A DNA stretch of 63,557 nucleotides, counting the filler, from Welwitschia mirabilis (Eukaryota), in assembly GCA_051453625.1 (NCBI GenBank). It is 6 parts of one record of this genome, joined end to end, with 100 filler letters (N's around TTAATTAATTAA, not from the genome) between each part and the next. Parts side by side here need not be neighbours in the genome. Positions count along the whole stretch, not along the records: positions 1 to 20,127 come from JBOZIK010000001.1; 5 more parts are not named here. One strand, given 5' to 3'. This document shows positions 1 through 13,034 of this stretch, in pieces. Under the pieces are notes generated by a model, which was not told the origin of the DNA, searched no databases, and was given only the letters and a program-made list of their open reading frames with translations. The stretch's first letter is position 1. Every line of letters begins with the position of its first letter. The translations under genes and the position numbers were made by a program.

Positions 1-938
1 AGAGTTGATTTTGAGATAGAAATATGTAACCTTATTCTACTGAAATAAATTACAATGCATGGAATTGAAATATGCTTGTGAAAAACTAATCTAAGAAAAT
101 AAATAATGATGAACCTAATCTAATCAAGCTCAACCTTGACAAAGGATACCCTCATAATCTATATAATTAAAGAGACCTGTAACAAATCTCAAATAGCATA
201 AACTATAAGGGATAAGTTTCTGCATATATTAAACAAAAAGGATAATTTATATTCAAAAGCATAAAAGGCATCTGTATCACAAAGTAGTCATTCCTTAATG
301 AAGGAAACGCCATTCAATACTAAGGTAATATATCTCTAGATTATAAGATGGTTCTTCAGTCTCAAAATCTTATGTCACAAGAACATCAGGTACTATAGAA
401 GATTATTAGGAATTAAGGGGAAGACCTTTATTTATAAACAGAAAAGAAAGAAAAATTGACAGAGAAGTAGAGGAGAAACCCTAACTAACATGTAAAGTAA
501 AGTCGTAAAGAAGTGGCGACGACTAGGTAAAACATTAAGTAAAAGTGTGAGAGAACAGTGTCATCCTTCTGGTTATTTGAATGATATAAGAGATGATGAA
601 GACTGATAATTAGATGTTCTTATTTGCTCTAGTTGTACTGCTTGTGATCTGCATGTAAACTTGTTATCACTCAGTTTAGAGATGTCATCCATTATTGACA
701 TTCAGACAATGAGGTGGATGATAGGCTTTTGTCAATCTTCTGTTAGTCTGATCGCTTTTTGCAGGAATCATTATCCAAAAATATAATTTATTCATATCTA
801 TAATAAATGCTTGTAATTTATCTGAAAACTGTATATTTTCATTCTCTTCATCTCAGTTCTTGATTATCATAAAAACTAAGCATTTATCTATTAATTCATC
901 TGAAAAACAACTCAAAATACCCTATTAAATACATAACA
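1..938 (-). repeat. 3' LTR (left end outside window) of Athila-type Gypsy element A
   Basis: Aligns by eye with 6655-7482 and 7583-8066. On - it starts TGTTATG directly after the purine tract AAGTGGGGGGCTA (939-951). Confidence 0.8.
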
Positions 939-3900
939 TAGCCCCCCACTTAGCCTTGTCAGTCTCTGATAAAACCAGGTAGTAAACCATATTTACGAGC
1001 TAACTTTTAAATAGTAAAAATAGCTAGGATATCTAAAGAAAGGATCTGAAAAATATTTGTAATATATACTAATAATAGACTAAAATTTTTAGATAATTCA
1101 AGAACTGAATAAAAATACCTAAAAAGCATCAGAAAAATCGGTCATCCGGAATGTCGTCTAGATGATAATGGGGACGATAGGCTTCTCAGAATATTTTCAG
1201 GGTCTGAAACCTGTGACAGAAATCAAATATTTTGTTAATTAAACAATACTGATAAATAACTCCTTACTATGATAAACAATCAAAATTAAAGATAATCTTG
1301 TAAAAAATCAAGGGATCCTGTTTTAGTAACTGGCTCAAAAAAAGAACCTATAATAATGATTTCTTATAATTGAAAAAATTTGTATCAGAAATACTAAAAA
1401 TATGCGTGTCCTGCCCCCCACTTAAAATATGCAATGCATCCCAAATTTCCTAAACTAACAAAAAAGAAAAGTATTAAGGAAAAAGAAAAATGTTAAAATG
1501 ACTGGAAAATAGTAGATATGAAAATAGAATAAAGGTAGAGGGAAAATAGATGTAAGGAATAAGAAGAAGATTGAGTACCTATTCTAAGTACTAACATAGC
1601 AAACTCTAAAGGAAAACGTTACAACATCACCTGAGTAAATATGCATGACAAAATGTATTAATCCATAAAGTTCATTCGAAAAGGTAGTGGTTATGGTGAT
1701 ATCCAAGGTTTCAAGTGTGTAGAATAATGAAAGTCAAAATCAGAAGTTACTTAGAAATGGACTCATCGATTTCTACCTACAAACTCACCGAAATCTCTAA
1801 AGGTGAAATGATCAAGTGGGAATACTAAAAGTTGTATTTCTTTTTCCATGATGAGAGGAGTGCAATAACTATCAGAGGAGTAAGGACCCGCGAAGCATGG
1901 CTGACTGAACCCCTAGTGGAGTTCCCACAACTACCATATTACACTGCCAAAGGCTCCTTTCGGAAATATATGCCCCTGTGTACTTGTGGTAAGACATCAT
2001 GCTTTTTACTTTTCTTTATTTTTCTTTCTTTCTTTTTTTTTTTTGAATAAAAAAGATAATTTCCATAGGATTACACACTTAATAAAGACTAAGGTAAATA
2101 AGTAAAGTAAAAGACCAAAAAGAACACTTCTTGATAACTTAAGATTTAACCACCATTGCAAAAAAACAACACAAGAAACAAGGTATCTTCCTGTAAATAT
2201 AGTCCATAGACATGGGAATGTTTCAAGATTGGGTGAATCTAATCTTACCCTTTATAAATGCCCAAGTATAAAACTGAGCATGATACTTTATNNNNNNNNN
2301 NTAGAGAGGGAACAGATTCTTCTACGATTTCCAAAATTGTGTCTAAAAATCCTCATGTCATTTTAATCATTTTCTATGTGTACATACCATTTTCCATTCA
2401 TAATTTTTATGATTTATTCTTTTACAATTTGCTTTAGGTTTGAATGGTTCTATAAAGATAGGGTTGGTTTTATATCTTCTTCCAAACCTATATCATTTCT
2501 TAAATATTTTTCAGCAGCATCAAAGGCTCATATTGAAAATCGTTTATTTTCAAAGTGACGTTTCATTAATCCAGTTCTTATGTCTATAATGCAACGGGCA
2601 GTTACATAGAAAGCTCTACCTAGAAGTAGGGGATATCCATTTTGATGCTCAACTTCTAAAACAACTACATCTATTGGATAGAAGGCTTCCTCTATCTAAA
2701 TGACCAAGTCCTTGATCATACCTAAGGATTTCTTGACAGATGAATCGGCTAACTCCAAAATAATTTATGTAGGTTCTATTTGTTCTTCTAATTCTAAACA
2801 TTTAGAAATGTGCAAGCGCATGATGACACCGGCTCCTATATCTATTAAGGCTTTCTTAATTCTTCAATTTCCCTCTAAAGTGATACTAACAGTTGCTGCC
2901 CTTGGATCTTTAATTTTTGAACACTTCTCGAAAACTAAGTTGCTAATGGATTAAGCTAGGAAGACTTTACTAGGGATAGTTTGTTTTTGTTTTCTTCTTA
3001 TTAAGTCTTTCCATAGCTTAGAGTATTTGGGGTTTTCTTGCAAAAGTTTCTAAAAAGGTAAGTTGATGCTTACATTCTACATTAAGGCTTTCAAATGATC
3101 GTCAAAGATAGGGTTTTCATTAAGACTATTAAGCCATGGGGTAGCAGGTTTTTTTTGTGAATAATTTTTCTTTTTATTGCTAACTAAAGAAGGGAAGAAA
3201 TGATTTCTAGAATTTCAATGTCCTCTTCCTCATCGTTCTTGTTATTTTGGGAAGTTGAAGCCTCATGAGTAGGGGAAGTTATGTNNNNNNNNNNNNNNNN
3301 NNNNNNNNNNNNNNNNNNNNNNNNNNNNNNNNNNNNNNNNNNNNNNNNNNNNNNNNNNNNNNNNNNNNNNNNNNNNNNNNNNNNNNNNNNNNNNNNNNNN
3401 NNNNNNNNNNNNNNNNNNNNNNNNNNNNNNNNNNNNNNNNNNNNNNNNNNNNNNNNNNNNNNNNNNNNNNNNNNNNNNNNNNNNNNNNNNNNNNNNNNNN
3501 NNNNNNNNNNNNNNNNNNNNNNNNNNNNNNNNNNNNNNNNNNNNNNNNNNNNNNNNNNNNNNNNNNNNNNNNNNNNNNNNNNNNNNNNNNNNNNNNNNNN
3601 NNNNNNNNNNNNNNNNNNNNNNNNNNNNNNNNNNNNNNNNNNNNNNNNNNNNNNNNNNNNNNNNNNNNNNNNNNNNNNNNNNNNNNNNNNNNNNNNNNNN
3701 NNNNNNNNNNNNNNNNNNNNNNNNNNNNNNNNNNNNNNNNNNNNNNNNNNNNNNNNNNNNNNNNNNNNNNNNNNNNNNNNNNNNNNNNNNNNNNNNNNNN
3801 NNNNNNNNNNNNNNNNNNNNNNNNNNNNNNNNNNNNNNNNNNNNNNNNNNNNNNNNNNNNNNNNNNNNNNNNNNNNNNNNNNNNNNNNNNNNNNNNNNNN

Positions 3901-6900
3901 NNNNNNNNNNNNNNNNNNNNNNNNNNNNNNNNNNNNNNNNNNNNNNNNNNNNNNNNNNNNNNNNNNNNNNNNNNNNNNNNNNNNNNNNNNNNNNNNNNNN
4001 NNNNNNNNNNNNNNNNNNNNNNNNNNNNNNNNNNNNNNNNNNNNNNNNNNNNNNNNNNNNNNNNNNNNNNNNNNNNNNNNNNNNNNNNNNNNNNNNNNNN
4101 NNNNNNNNNNNNNNNNNNNNNNNNNNNNNNNNNNNNNNNNNNNNNNNNNNNNNNNNNNNNNNNNNNNNNNNNNNNNNNNNNNNNNNNNNNNNNNNNNNNN
4201 NNNNNNNNNNNNAAATTGTGATTTAGGACTTGTCTTTGGTTATAGTTTTAAATGTAGTTGGAGGGTCCTTGATTTAAAGCACGAACTTCTTCATAAATTC
4301 TCTCTTTTCATGTAGGAAGTAAAGAACACTCTTTTGTGATGTGATAACTATCCTTGCACAAATCACAAGTTGAAACAATAATTTGACTTTTCTCAGTTGC
4401 TATTTTAGCATCAAGGATCATCTGGGTGTATTTTTCTAAGGTAGAAGTAAAATACTTAATGATGCTAATTGGTTCATGTTCTATTTTGGTTTTAGTTTTC
4501 TTGTGCTTGACTTCTTTTAAGTCCTTAATGATTTAACCTATTATTCTGTTTCCTCTAGATGAGGGTTTTGGCCAAGTTTGACTTACTTCGACTAAGTCTT
4601 CTAAAATCTTCCAANNNNNNNNNNNNNNNNNNNNNNNNNNNNNNNNNNNNNNNNNNNNNNNNNNNNNNNNNNNNNNNNNNNNNNNNNNNNNNNNNNNNNN
4701 NNNNNNNNNNNNNNNNNNNNNNNNNNNNNNNNNNNNNNNNNNNNNNNNNNNNNNNNNNNNNNNNNNNNNNNNNNNNNNNNNNNNNNNNNNNNNNNNNNNN
4801 NNNNNNNNNNNNNNNNNNNNNNNNNNNNNNNNNNNNNNNNNNNNNNNNNNNNNNNNNNNNNNNNNNNNNNNNNNNNNNNNNNNNNNNNNNNNNNNNNNNN
4901 NNNNNNNNNNNNNNNNNNNNNGTGAAATTTTTCCTTTATCTCTCAAGATCATGAGAAAGATAGCCATATAAGTTCTATCAGTTATTCGCTTTTTACCATT
5001 TTCGGATGTAAGGATAAGTTATTTAATTTCAACAATGTGTTGTAGGGGGTCTTCATCAGGTTCTCCTTGAAAGGTAGGGCAAGCATTTAAGTTTTTAAAT
5101 TCCACATCGTTGCTCGGAGGTAGGTCGAAAGGGTTTTGGATTTCAAGTCCTTTATTCACTATGAGATCTCTCAGAGTCACACGAGGAGTAGGAGTAATGG
5201 TTCCAATGACAAGGGGTGGATTCGAAGAGATAGGTTATTTTTGGTAATAGGTTGATATGGTATTAGATTCAAACTCTTCTGTATAATTAAAATAAAAAAA
5301 TTCAAGAATTTCTAAAGTTTGCATACCTAGGCTATTTTTATTTTCAAATTCAAAATTTAGCAAACCTTCTCTGATATTTNNNNNNNNNNNNNNNNNNNNN
5401 NNNNNNNNNNNNNNNNNNNNNNNNNNNNNNNNNNNNNNNNNNNNNNNNNNNNNNNNNNNNNNNNNNNNNNNNNNNNNNNNNNNNNNNNNNNNNNNNNNNN
5501 NNNNNNNNNNNNNNNNNNNNNNNNNNNNNNNNNNNNNNNNNNNNNNNNNNNNNNNNNNNNNNNNNNNNNNNNNNNNNNNNNNNNNNNNNNNNNNNNNNNN
5601 NNNNNNNNNNNNNNNNNNNNNNNNNNNNNNNNNNNNNNNNNNNNNNNNNNNNNNNNNNNNNNNNNNNNNNNNNNNNNNNNNNNNNNNNNNNNNNNNNNNN
5701 NNNNNNNNNNNNNNNNNNNNNNNNNNNNNNNNNNNNNNNNNNNNNNNNNNNNNNNNNNNNNNNNNNNNNNNNNNNNNNNNNNNNNNNNNNNNNNNNNNNN
5801 NNNNNNNNNNNNNNNNNNNNNNNNNNNNNNNNNNNNNNNNNNNNNNNNNNNNNNNNNNNNNNNNNNNNNNNNNNNNNNNNNNNNNNNNNNNNNNNNNNNN
5901 NNNNNNNNNNNNNNNNNNNNNNNNNNNNNNNNNNNNNNNNNNNNNNNNNNNNNNNNNNNNNNNNNNNNNNNNNNNNNNNNNNNNNNNNNNNNNNNNNNNN
6001 NNNNNNNNNNNNNNNNNNATAATGTGGAACTTGTAATTTTTCAAAATTAAAATTAGACTCTTCAGCAGAATTAAAATTAGAAATTTTAGGAAATTATAAA
6101 GTTTGCATACCTAGGCTATTTTTATTTTCAAATTCAAAATTTAGCAAACCTTCTCTGATATTTTCTGTAATGAATTATTTCTCTTTAGAGTATTTTTCAC
6201 CTTTTCCAATCTTAACCATTCAGTCTTAAACCTAAAATGTCATCCTGTATGTCATCCAAATGATAACCTAGATGACAAAAACATAAATAACCAATCACAA
6301 AAAAGAGGGAAAGTAGAAAAGGGACAGTCATCCAACTGTGACGTCTGAACGACGAAGGGGATGTCAGAGGTTAGTAAAAATATAAACTAAAACAAAAAAC
6401 TTACAAAGTACTGGTACACTGCTACTGCAGTAAACATCTAGAATATCCACCGAAGCAATGACAACTCTCGATTTCCAAGCAGCCTTTCCTAGCAATGGTT
6501 CTAATTTGTTGCAGTGCAAATTTATGCAATGTTTCACACCTTGATCTAAATCCTGTTAATTACCAATAAGATGCACAAACATAGCATGTTAGTATAGTCA
6601 GAAGTGATACGAATGTCATAATTTTGTCGAAGGCCAATAGTATGGAAATAATAGAGTTTATTTCGAGAGAGAAATATGTAACCCTAATCTACTAAAATAA
6701 ATTGTAATGTATGGAATTGAAATAACGATGTAAAACTAATCTATGAAAAGAAATAACAATGTATCTAATCTAATTAAGCTCAACCTTGACAAAGGCTGCC
6801 CTCATAATCTATATAATAGAAGAAACCTATCACAAACCTTAAACAACATAAACTATGAGGAATAAGTTCCTGCACATATTGAACATAAAAGAAGATAATT

Positions 6901-7482
6901 TATTACTAAAAATGGTATCACATCTGCATTACAAAGTAGCCATTTCTCAATGAAGAAAACACCGCCCAATACCAAGGGAACATCTCTCTGTAATTGCTGG
7001 ATGGTTCTCCGGTCCCAAGATCTCCTGTTACGAGTATATCAGTTACTGTCGAAGATGATTAGGGATGAAGGGGGATACCTTTATTTATAAACAAAAAAAA
7101 AAAAGGAAAATGACAGAGAATTATAGAAGAAACCCTAGCTAAAATGCAAAGTAAAGTTGCAAAGAAGTGGTGATAACTTGGGAAAACATTCAGCAAAAGT
7201 ATAAGAGAGCAATGTCATCTTTTTGGTCATCTGGACGATGAAGGAGATGATGAGGACTAACAATGAGATATTTGTTTAGCTCCTAGTCTAACTGCTCATC
7301 AACTGCATGTGAACTTTTTATCATCCTATTTGAGAGGTCGTCCGCTATTGACGTCTGGACGATAGACTTTTGTCAATCTTTAGTCAGTCTGATCACTTGT
7401 TGTTTGCGGGAATTATCATCCAAAAATACAATTTATCCATATCTTCATGAAATGCTTGTAATTTATCTGGAAACTGCATGTT
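1..7482 (-). mobile_element. Non-autonomous Athila-type Gypsy LTR retrotransposon A (gag + protease only, degenerate)
   Basis: On -: decayed PBS TAGAACCATTGCTAGGAA (~6486-6503; Athila tRNA-Asp type TGGCGCCGTTGCCGGGGA, mostly G>A/C>T changes), gag motif ACPTFQGEPDEDPLQHI (~5035-5085), protease ALIDIGAGV (~2825-2852) and PLLLGRAF (~2610-2635). No RT, RH or integrase core. Second PPT-like tract at ~1410-1425. 5' LTR starts at 6507. Confidence 0.75.
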
Positions 7483-8066
7483 NNNNNNNNNNNNNNNNNN
7501 NNNNNNNNNNNNNNNNNNNNNNNNNNNNNNNNNNNNNNNNNNNNNNNNNNNNNNNNNNNNNNNNNNNNNNNNNNNNNNNNNNGATAGAGAAGTAGAGGAG
7601 AAACCCTAGCTAACATGTAAAGTAAAGTCACAAAAAAGTGGTGACAACTCAAGAATACATTTGGTAAAAGTATGAGAGAACAATGTCATCTTGATGGTTA
7701 TCCGAACGAAGTAGGAGACGATGAGGACTAACAATGAGATTTCTGTTTAGCTTCCATTTTAACTGCTTATGAACTGCATGTGAACTTGTTATTATCCTAT
7801 TTGAGATGTCGTCTGCCAGTGATGTCTGGACAATGAGATGGATGACATGCTTTTGTTGATCTTCAGTTAGTCTGATCATGCATTGTTTGCAGGAATACTT
7901 ATCCAAAAATAACATTTATCTATATCTACATGAAATGATTGTAATTTATCTATAAACTATATGTTTTTATTCTCTTCATCTCGGTTCTTGATTATCATAA
8001 GAACTAAGCATTTATCTATTAATTCATCTACAAAACAACTCAAAATAACCTATCAAATACACATAA
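6507..8066 (-). repeat. 5' LTR of element A plus the end of a further related LTR copy after the 100-N gap
   Basis: Homologous to 1-938. 7110-7482 and 7583-7960 are diverged copies of the same LTR segment on either side of the gap. Confidence 0.65.
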
Positions 8067-8169
8067 GTTAGCAGTGTAACACATACCTTGTATAGGGTGA
8101 GTTTTCATATCTAGACCAATTTCTTCTTCTTCTATTCATAGTTTACATAGCTTGAGATAATTTGCACAT

Positions 8170-10050
8170 TTAGTTAGGGGGATAGACACATATATTACAT
8201 GATCTGTGGATTAAAAATTTTCACCTCCCTTCACTTAACATAAATATATGTAATGATGTTAAACTAATTCTTGATAGTATACATCTATTTCACTTGTGCT
8301 TTTTAATAAATTTGATGTATTTCACTTTTTGTACTCAAAAATTAATTCTGATGATATGTACATGTTTTTAGTTTTTTTTCCTTTACTCGCTCATTTATCA
8401 ATTATCTCACAAATTTTTATCTGCTTACTTTATCAGGGATTGACAAATGCTAGGTGAGGGGGCTACTGATAAACACATATATTACATGATTTGTGGGCCA
8501 AAATTTTTTACCTACCTTTACTTGACATAAATAAATGCGATGATGTTGAACTAATTGTTAGTAGTATACATCTATTTCACTTGTTCTTTTTAATAGATTT
8601 GATGTATTTTGCATTTTGTACTCAAAACTTAGTTTTGATGATATATGCATGTTTCAAGTTTCTTTTTCTTTTCTTAATCATTTTGTTAGTTGGCTTGTGA
8701 CTTGTTATCCACTTACTTTATCAAGGACTGACAAATGCTAGGTGTAGGGCTATGTTTTGAAGCTAAATTGACCTATTTGAAATACTTGTGAAGCATATTT
8801 TTAGGTTCTATTAATAGGTTTTCCAAGGATTTATGCAAATTATGTGGATCTTCCATACAGGTCATGAAATGCAATAATTTCCAACACAAGAATCTATTTT
8901 TACATGATGATGGATCAAATCATAATGATCAACATGGAGTTAAGTAAGAAAAACTAGTCGTTTACTATGTCGTTAGGACAATTCATGTAAAACGATAGTT
9001 ATATCATATGTTGTTGAATGACTCATTCAAAATAATAGTCGTTCCTTTTGTCATTGGAATGACCATTTTAGAATGATATACAATATAAGTAATTAGATAG
9101 GTTTTGATAGTTGTCCCTTATGTTGTTGGAATGATGCCTAAGATAAAAGTCAGCACAGGTTAGATGATCGACATGTGCCGAGCATTAATTGGTGATTGGA
9201 GTGATCATCCATTATGTCATGGAAATGATGGAAAGGATGAAAAATAGAACAATTTTAAAAACTAATCTAATTATTATGAAAGTGTAGATTCTAATTATGC
9301 CTTTTCATTTCACACCCCTCAACAAACTTTAACCATCTATTCCAAACTATAAATAGATCCTATTGGGCCTCATTCCATATTATTTTTGTGAAGATTGGAG
9401 TTTATTAGAGGCAAGAAGATTTATCCTACTTATGAGAAGGACTACCTTGGTATTAGGTAGTGAATCATGCATTGAGAAGTTATTATTATAAGTAAATGTA
9501 AGTCAATTTGATTAATAAAGATATTGATTAAATTGGAATTCTTTTCAAATAATTTCTTATTTCTTTCTTATAACTTATCTTAAATTCAATGAAAGTGACA
9601 TGAATTTGTAATTAATATAGGCTATAAGGACCAATCTAAGTGACAATAGATTAAAATTTTGATTAATTAATTGCATTAGGTTTGCATTCATTTTATATTG
9701 CATTTCATTCCATTCCATTCCATTGCATTTCGTATTCATCCTTGCATTGTTTAATTTCATTTCCTATAAAGAAAAATTCAAAACTATGTTCTTCTTCTCT
9801 TTCTAAAATCAATTTTCCAAATTCTCTTTTACAAGTCTTCTCTAAGTGTACGACATTTAGGTTAATTCCATTATGCAAATGTGTATGTGTGTAATTAGAT
9901 TATCAGCTTTTTAGGTATTGCAAGTGAAATTTGATCTTTATAATACTGGAATTGGAAGCACAAATATGCATTGCAACATATATACACAAATGTATATGTT
10001 GCCTCTTGCTATGTGGCTGGTTAGGGTGTACACACTTGCCTAGGCTCTGG
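8170..10050 (+). mobile_element. Degenerate Athila-like 3' end: two ~290-bp units each ending in a PPT, followed by an LTR-like region
   Basis: TTATCAGGGATTGACAAATGCTAGGTGAGGGGGCTAC (~8430-8466) and TTATCAAGGACTGACAAATGCTAGGTGTAGGGCTA-TG (~8718-8754) resemble the pre-LTR region of element A (reverse complement of 939-972). Right boundary is approximate. Confidence 0.5.
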
Positions 10051-13034
10051 TGTATGCTAGAAACCTTATCCATTTGATGAATCGCACTACTAACAAGATG
10101 GTCAGGCAAACGAGAAATGTGATCTTATTAACTTATTTCAACCTAGAATTATCATGTCTTCTTATTATAATGATTTATTTATTAATAATCTAAGCTATGA
10201 CTTTGCCATTCTATCCCTCAGAATAGAGAGATTTATGATCATTTACATATCATAAACATCACTACTAATTATGAAGAGGAAAAAAGTCTTAATGTTTCTT
10301 CTTATTCCTTGAAGTAATGAAAAATGAATTTACATATGTTAAACCTCTTTCTAATTTGAAAAATGAACATGAGAGATATAAACAAGGAATAAGCATAATT
10401 GACATGGAAGAAGGCATACACATTTCTAATAATAAATCTAAAAAATTCTAATTGGTTTTTTAATAAATACTTATAAGGAACAACATCCTCTCACTAGGGG
10501 TACATCAAACATGAAGCCAAATAATAATACTAATTTTTTCCCCTAATGTGAAGGGATGAAAGTTAGGATTAGGGAGACCTAGGTCAAAAAATTAAATTGA
10601 ATGGGATAAGAATGTTTATAAATCTTACTCTTATGAAAATTACCCATGGATCCTCCTCCTCTTTTAAACCTTCTTTTTCATCTTAGTTGTATAAAATGAA
10701 CATATTAGTATAAATATAATAGAATAGTGATTTAATAAAACAAATAAACTAAAAATAACTTTATATTCTAGAAGTTTATTTTAATTCATACTTTGAACAT
10801 TATCATAATAAGATTTAATCTAGTTCTCCATATATATGCAATAGAATGTATTTCCATTATTTGATTGCTTCACCCATATAGGTTCATCACCCCTATAGGT
10901 CCATCATAAACATAAGAGAAATATTTCATCAAATGAAAATTATTCTTCAACACTCACATCTAACCTTGTTATGCATGTATTAAATTAAAGATCCCAACTT
11001 CATCATTAGTAAAATATTTCATTAAATATTAATTATGAATATAACTCATGAAGTGGATGTAAACCAAAATAAACAATGAACATGATAATATAAGAGACAT
11101 GCATTTGTGGCTTAAACTATATTCATAAATATATGGATATCTATGTGTCTATATACTCCACCCATGATAAATAATGATTAGATAGGTTGTAGTTTTTATA
11201 AACAAGTTTAACTAATTCCTTATGCTACTTACATGGTTTGCATGAGCAGTGCCCAACAAAGACATACGTCATCCCCATAATAGATAAATATGTTATAGAG
11301 GCATTCAATATGTATAATATGTATCTTCCTTACAATTAGCAAGAAAATAGCTAAGCTAATCAGGACATCTATTATCATATTCAGATGTAAATTCAAGATA
11401 ATAGGAACTAGGCTTGTAAAACCAAGTAAATATAATTTTGTTTTCTTGAGTAATAAATTAAGTAACTTAAATTTCAAACAAATGTCATTTTAAAAAACCA
11501 AAACTAAAAATAACTAACTGATTTTAACTTAACAATGCACATGAAAAGCAAAATGAATGATATCCATTAACACTACTAATAGTGTATCATCCTATCAATA
11601 ATCTATGAAAGTGTAATAGAATAACCTACATATGTAATCAATATGTAAATAAATCACATATTACATAACAAAAGAAAACATCAATTTTCAACAAAAATAT
11701 TATCACGTATTAAACTAATTATATCCATAGAAAGTTAATACAAAATTAAAAAGACGAAATAAAAGATATGGTTCCAGATTGAAATCAATGTGAAATTTCA
11801 ACTACAACACTTACATTCAAATCTACTATAATGAATTAAAAATTGATATAAAAAATATAAAATAAAAGAGATCAACAAAGCAACTTAATTTAAAGTAATT
11901 TTAGTAGTATTTCAATAAGAAAACTTTGAATGGAGCACATGCAATGGAATCGAATTAAATACATAGCATAAAAAGCTCTAAATAATCCTTTATTATATAT
12001 AAAAATAGAGTACAAGAAGGATTGAAGTAATTTTGTAAGGCTTGGGGTTATACATCTGTGATCCATCTAAGCCATAACTTTGTCAACCTCTAATTAACCT
12101 CCGGCTCTATACAGCTCATGAAATCTCCAAAATGTCTTTCAACATGAATGCTAGCTGTCTGTATGCTCAATGGTCATCCATGTCAAGGTGACTGGTGTGT
12201 GGGCTCTGTANNNNNNNNNNNNNNNNNNNNNNNNNNNNNNNNNNNNNNNNNNNNNNNNNNNNNNNNNNNNNNNNNNNNNNNNNNNNNNNNNNNNNNNNNN
12301 NNNNNNNNNNNNNNNNNNNNNNNNNNNNNNNNNNNNNNNNNNNNNNNNNNNNNNNNNNNNNNNNNNNNNNNNNNNNNNNNNNNNNNNNNNNNNNNNNNNN
12401 NNNNNNNNNNNNNNNNNNNNNNNNNNNNNNNNNNNNNNNNNNNNNNNNNNNNNNNNNNNNNNNNNNNNNNNNNNNNNNNNNNNNNNNNNNNNNNNNNNNN
12501 NNNNNNNNNNNNNNNNNNNNNNNNNNNNNNNNNNNNNNNNNNNNNNNNNNNNNNNNNNNNNNNNNNNNNNNNNNNNNNNNNNNNNNNNNNNNNNNNNNNN
12601 NNNNNNNNNNNNNNNNNNNNNNNNNNNNNNNNNNNNNNNNNNNNNNNNNNNNNNNNNNNNNNNNNNNNNNNNNNNNNNNNNNNNNNNNNNNNNNNNNNNN
12701 NNNNNNNNNNNNNNNNNNNNNNNNNNNNNNNNNNNNNNNNNNNNNNNNNNNNNNNNNNNNNNNNNNNNNNNNNNNNNNNNNNNNNNNNNNNNNNNNNNNN
12801 NNNNNNNNNNNNNNNNNNNNNNNNNNNNNNNNNNNNNNNNNNNNNNNNNNNNNNNNNNNNNNNNNNNNNNNNNNNNNNNNNNNNNNNNNNNNNNNNNNNN
12901 NNNNNNNNNNNNNNNNNNNNNNNNNNNNNNNNNNNNNNNNNNNNNNNNNNNNNNNNNNNNNNNNNNNNNNNNNNNNNNNNNNNNNNNNNNNNNNNNNNNN
13001 NNNNNNNNNNNNNNNNNNNNNNNNNNNNNNNNNN

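Noticed and set aside
5312-6163. Identical ~66-bp sequence on both sides of an N gap
   Set aside because: Probably a contig-end overlap or unresolved repeat; cannot be assessed across the gap.
10050-12210. AT-rich region that may be a decayed DNA transposon
   Set aside because: No recognisable motif, termini or TSD, so left unannotated.
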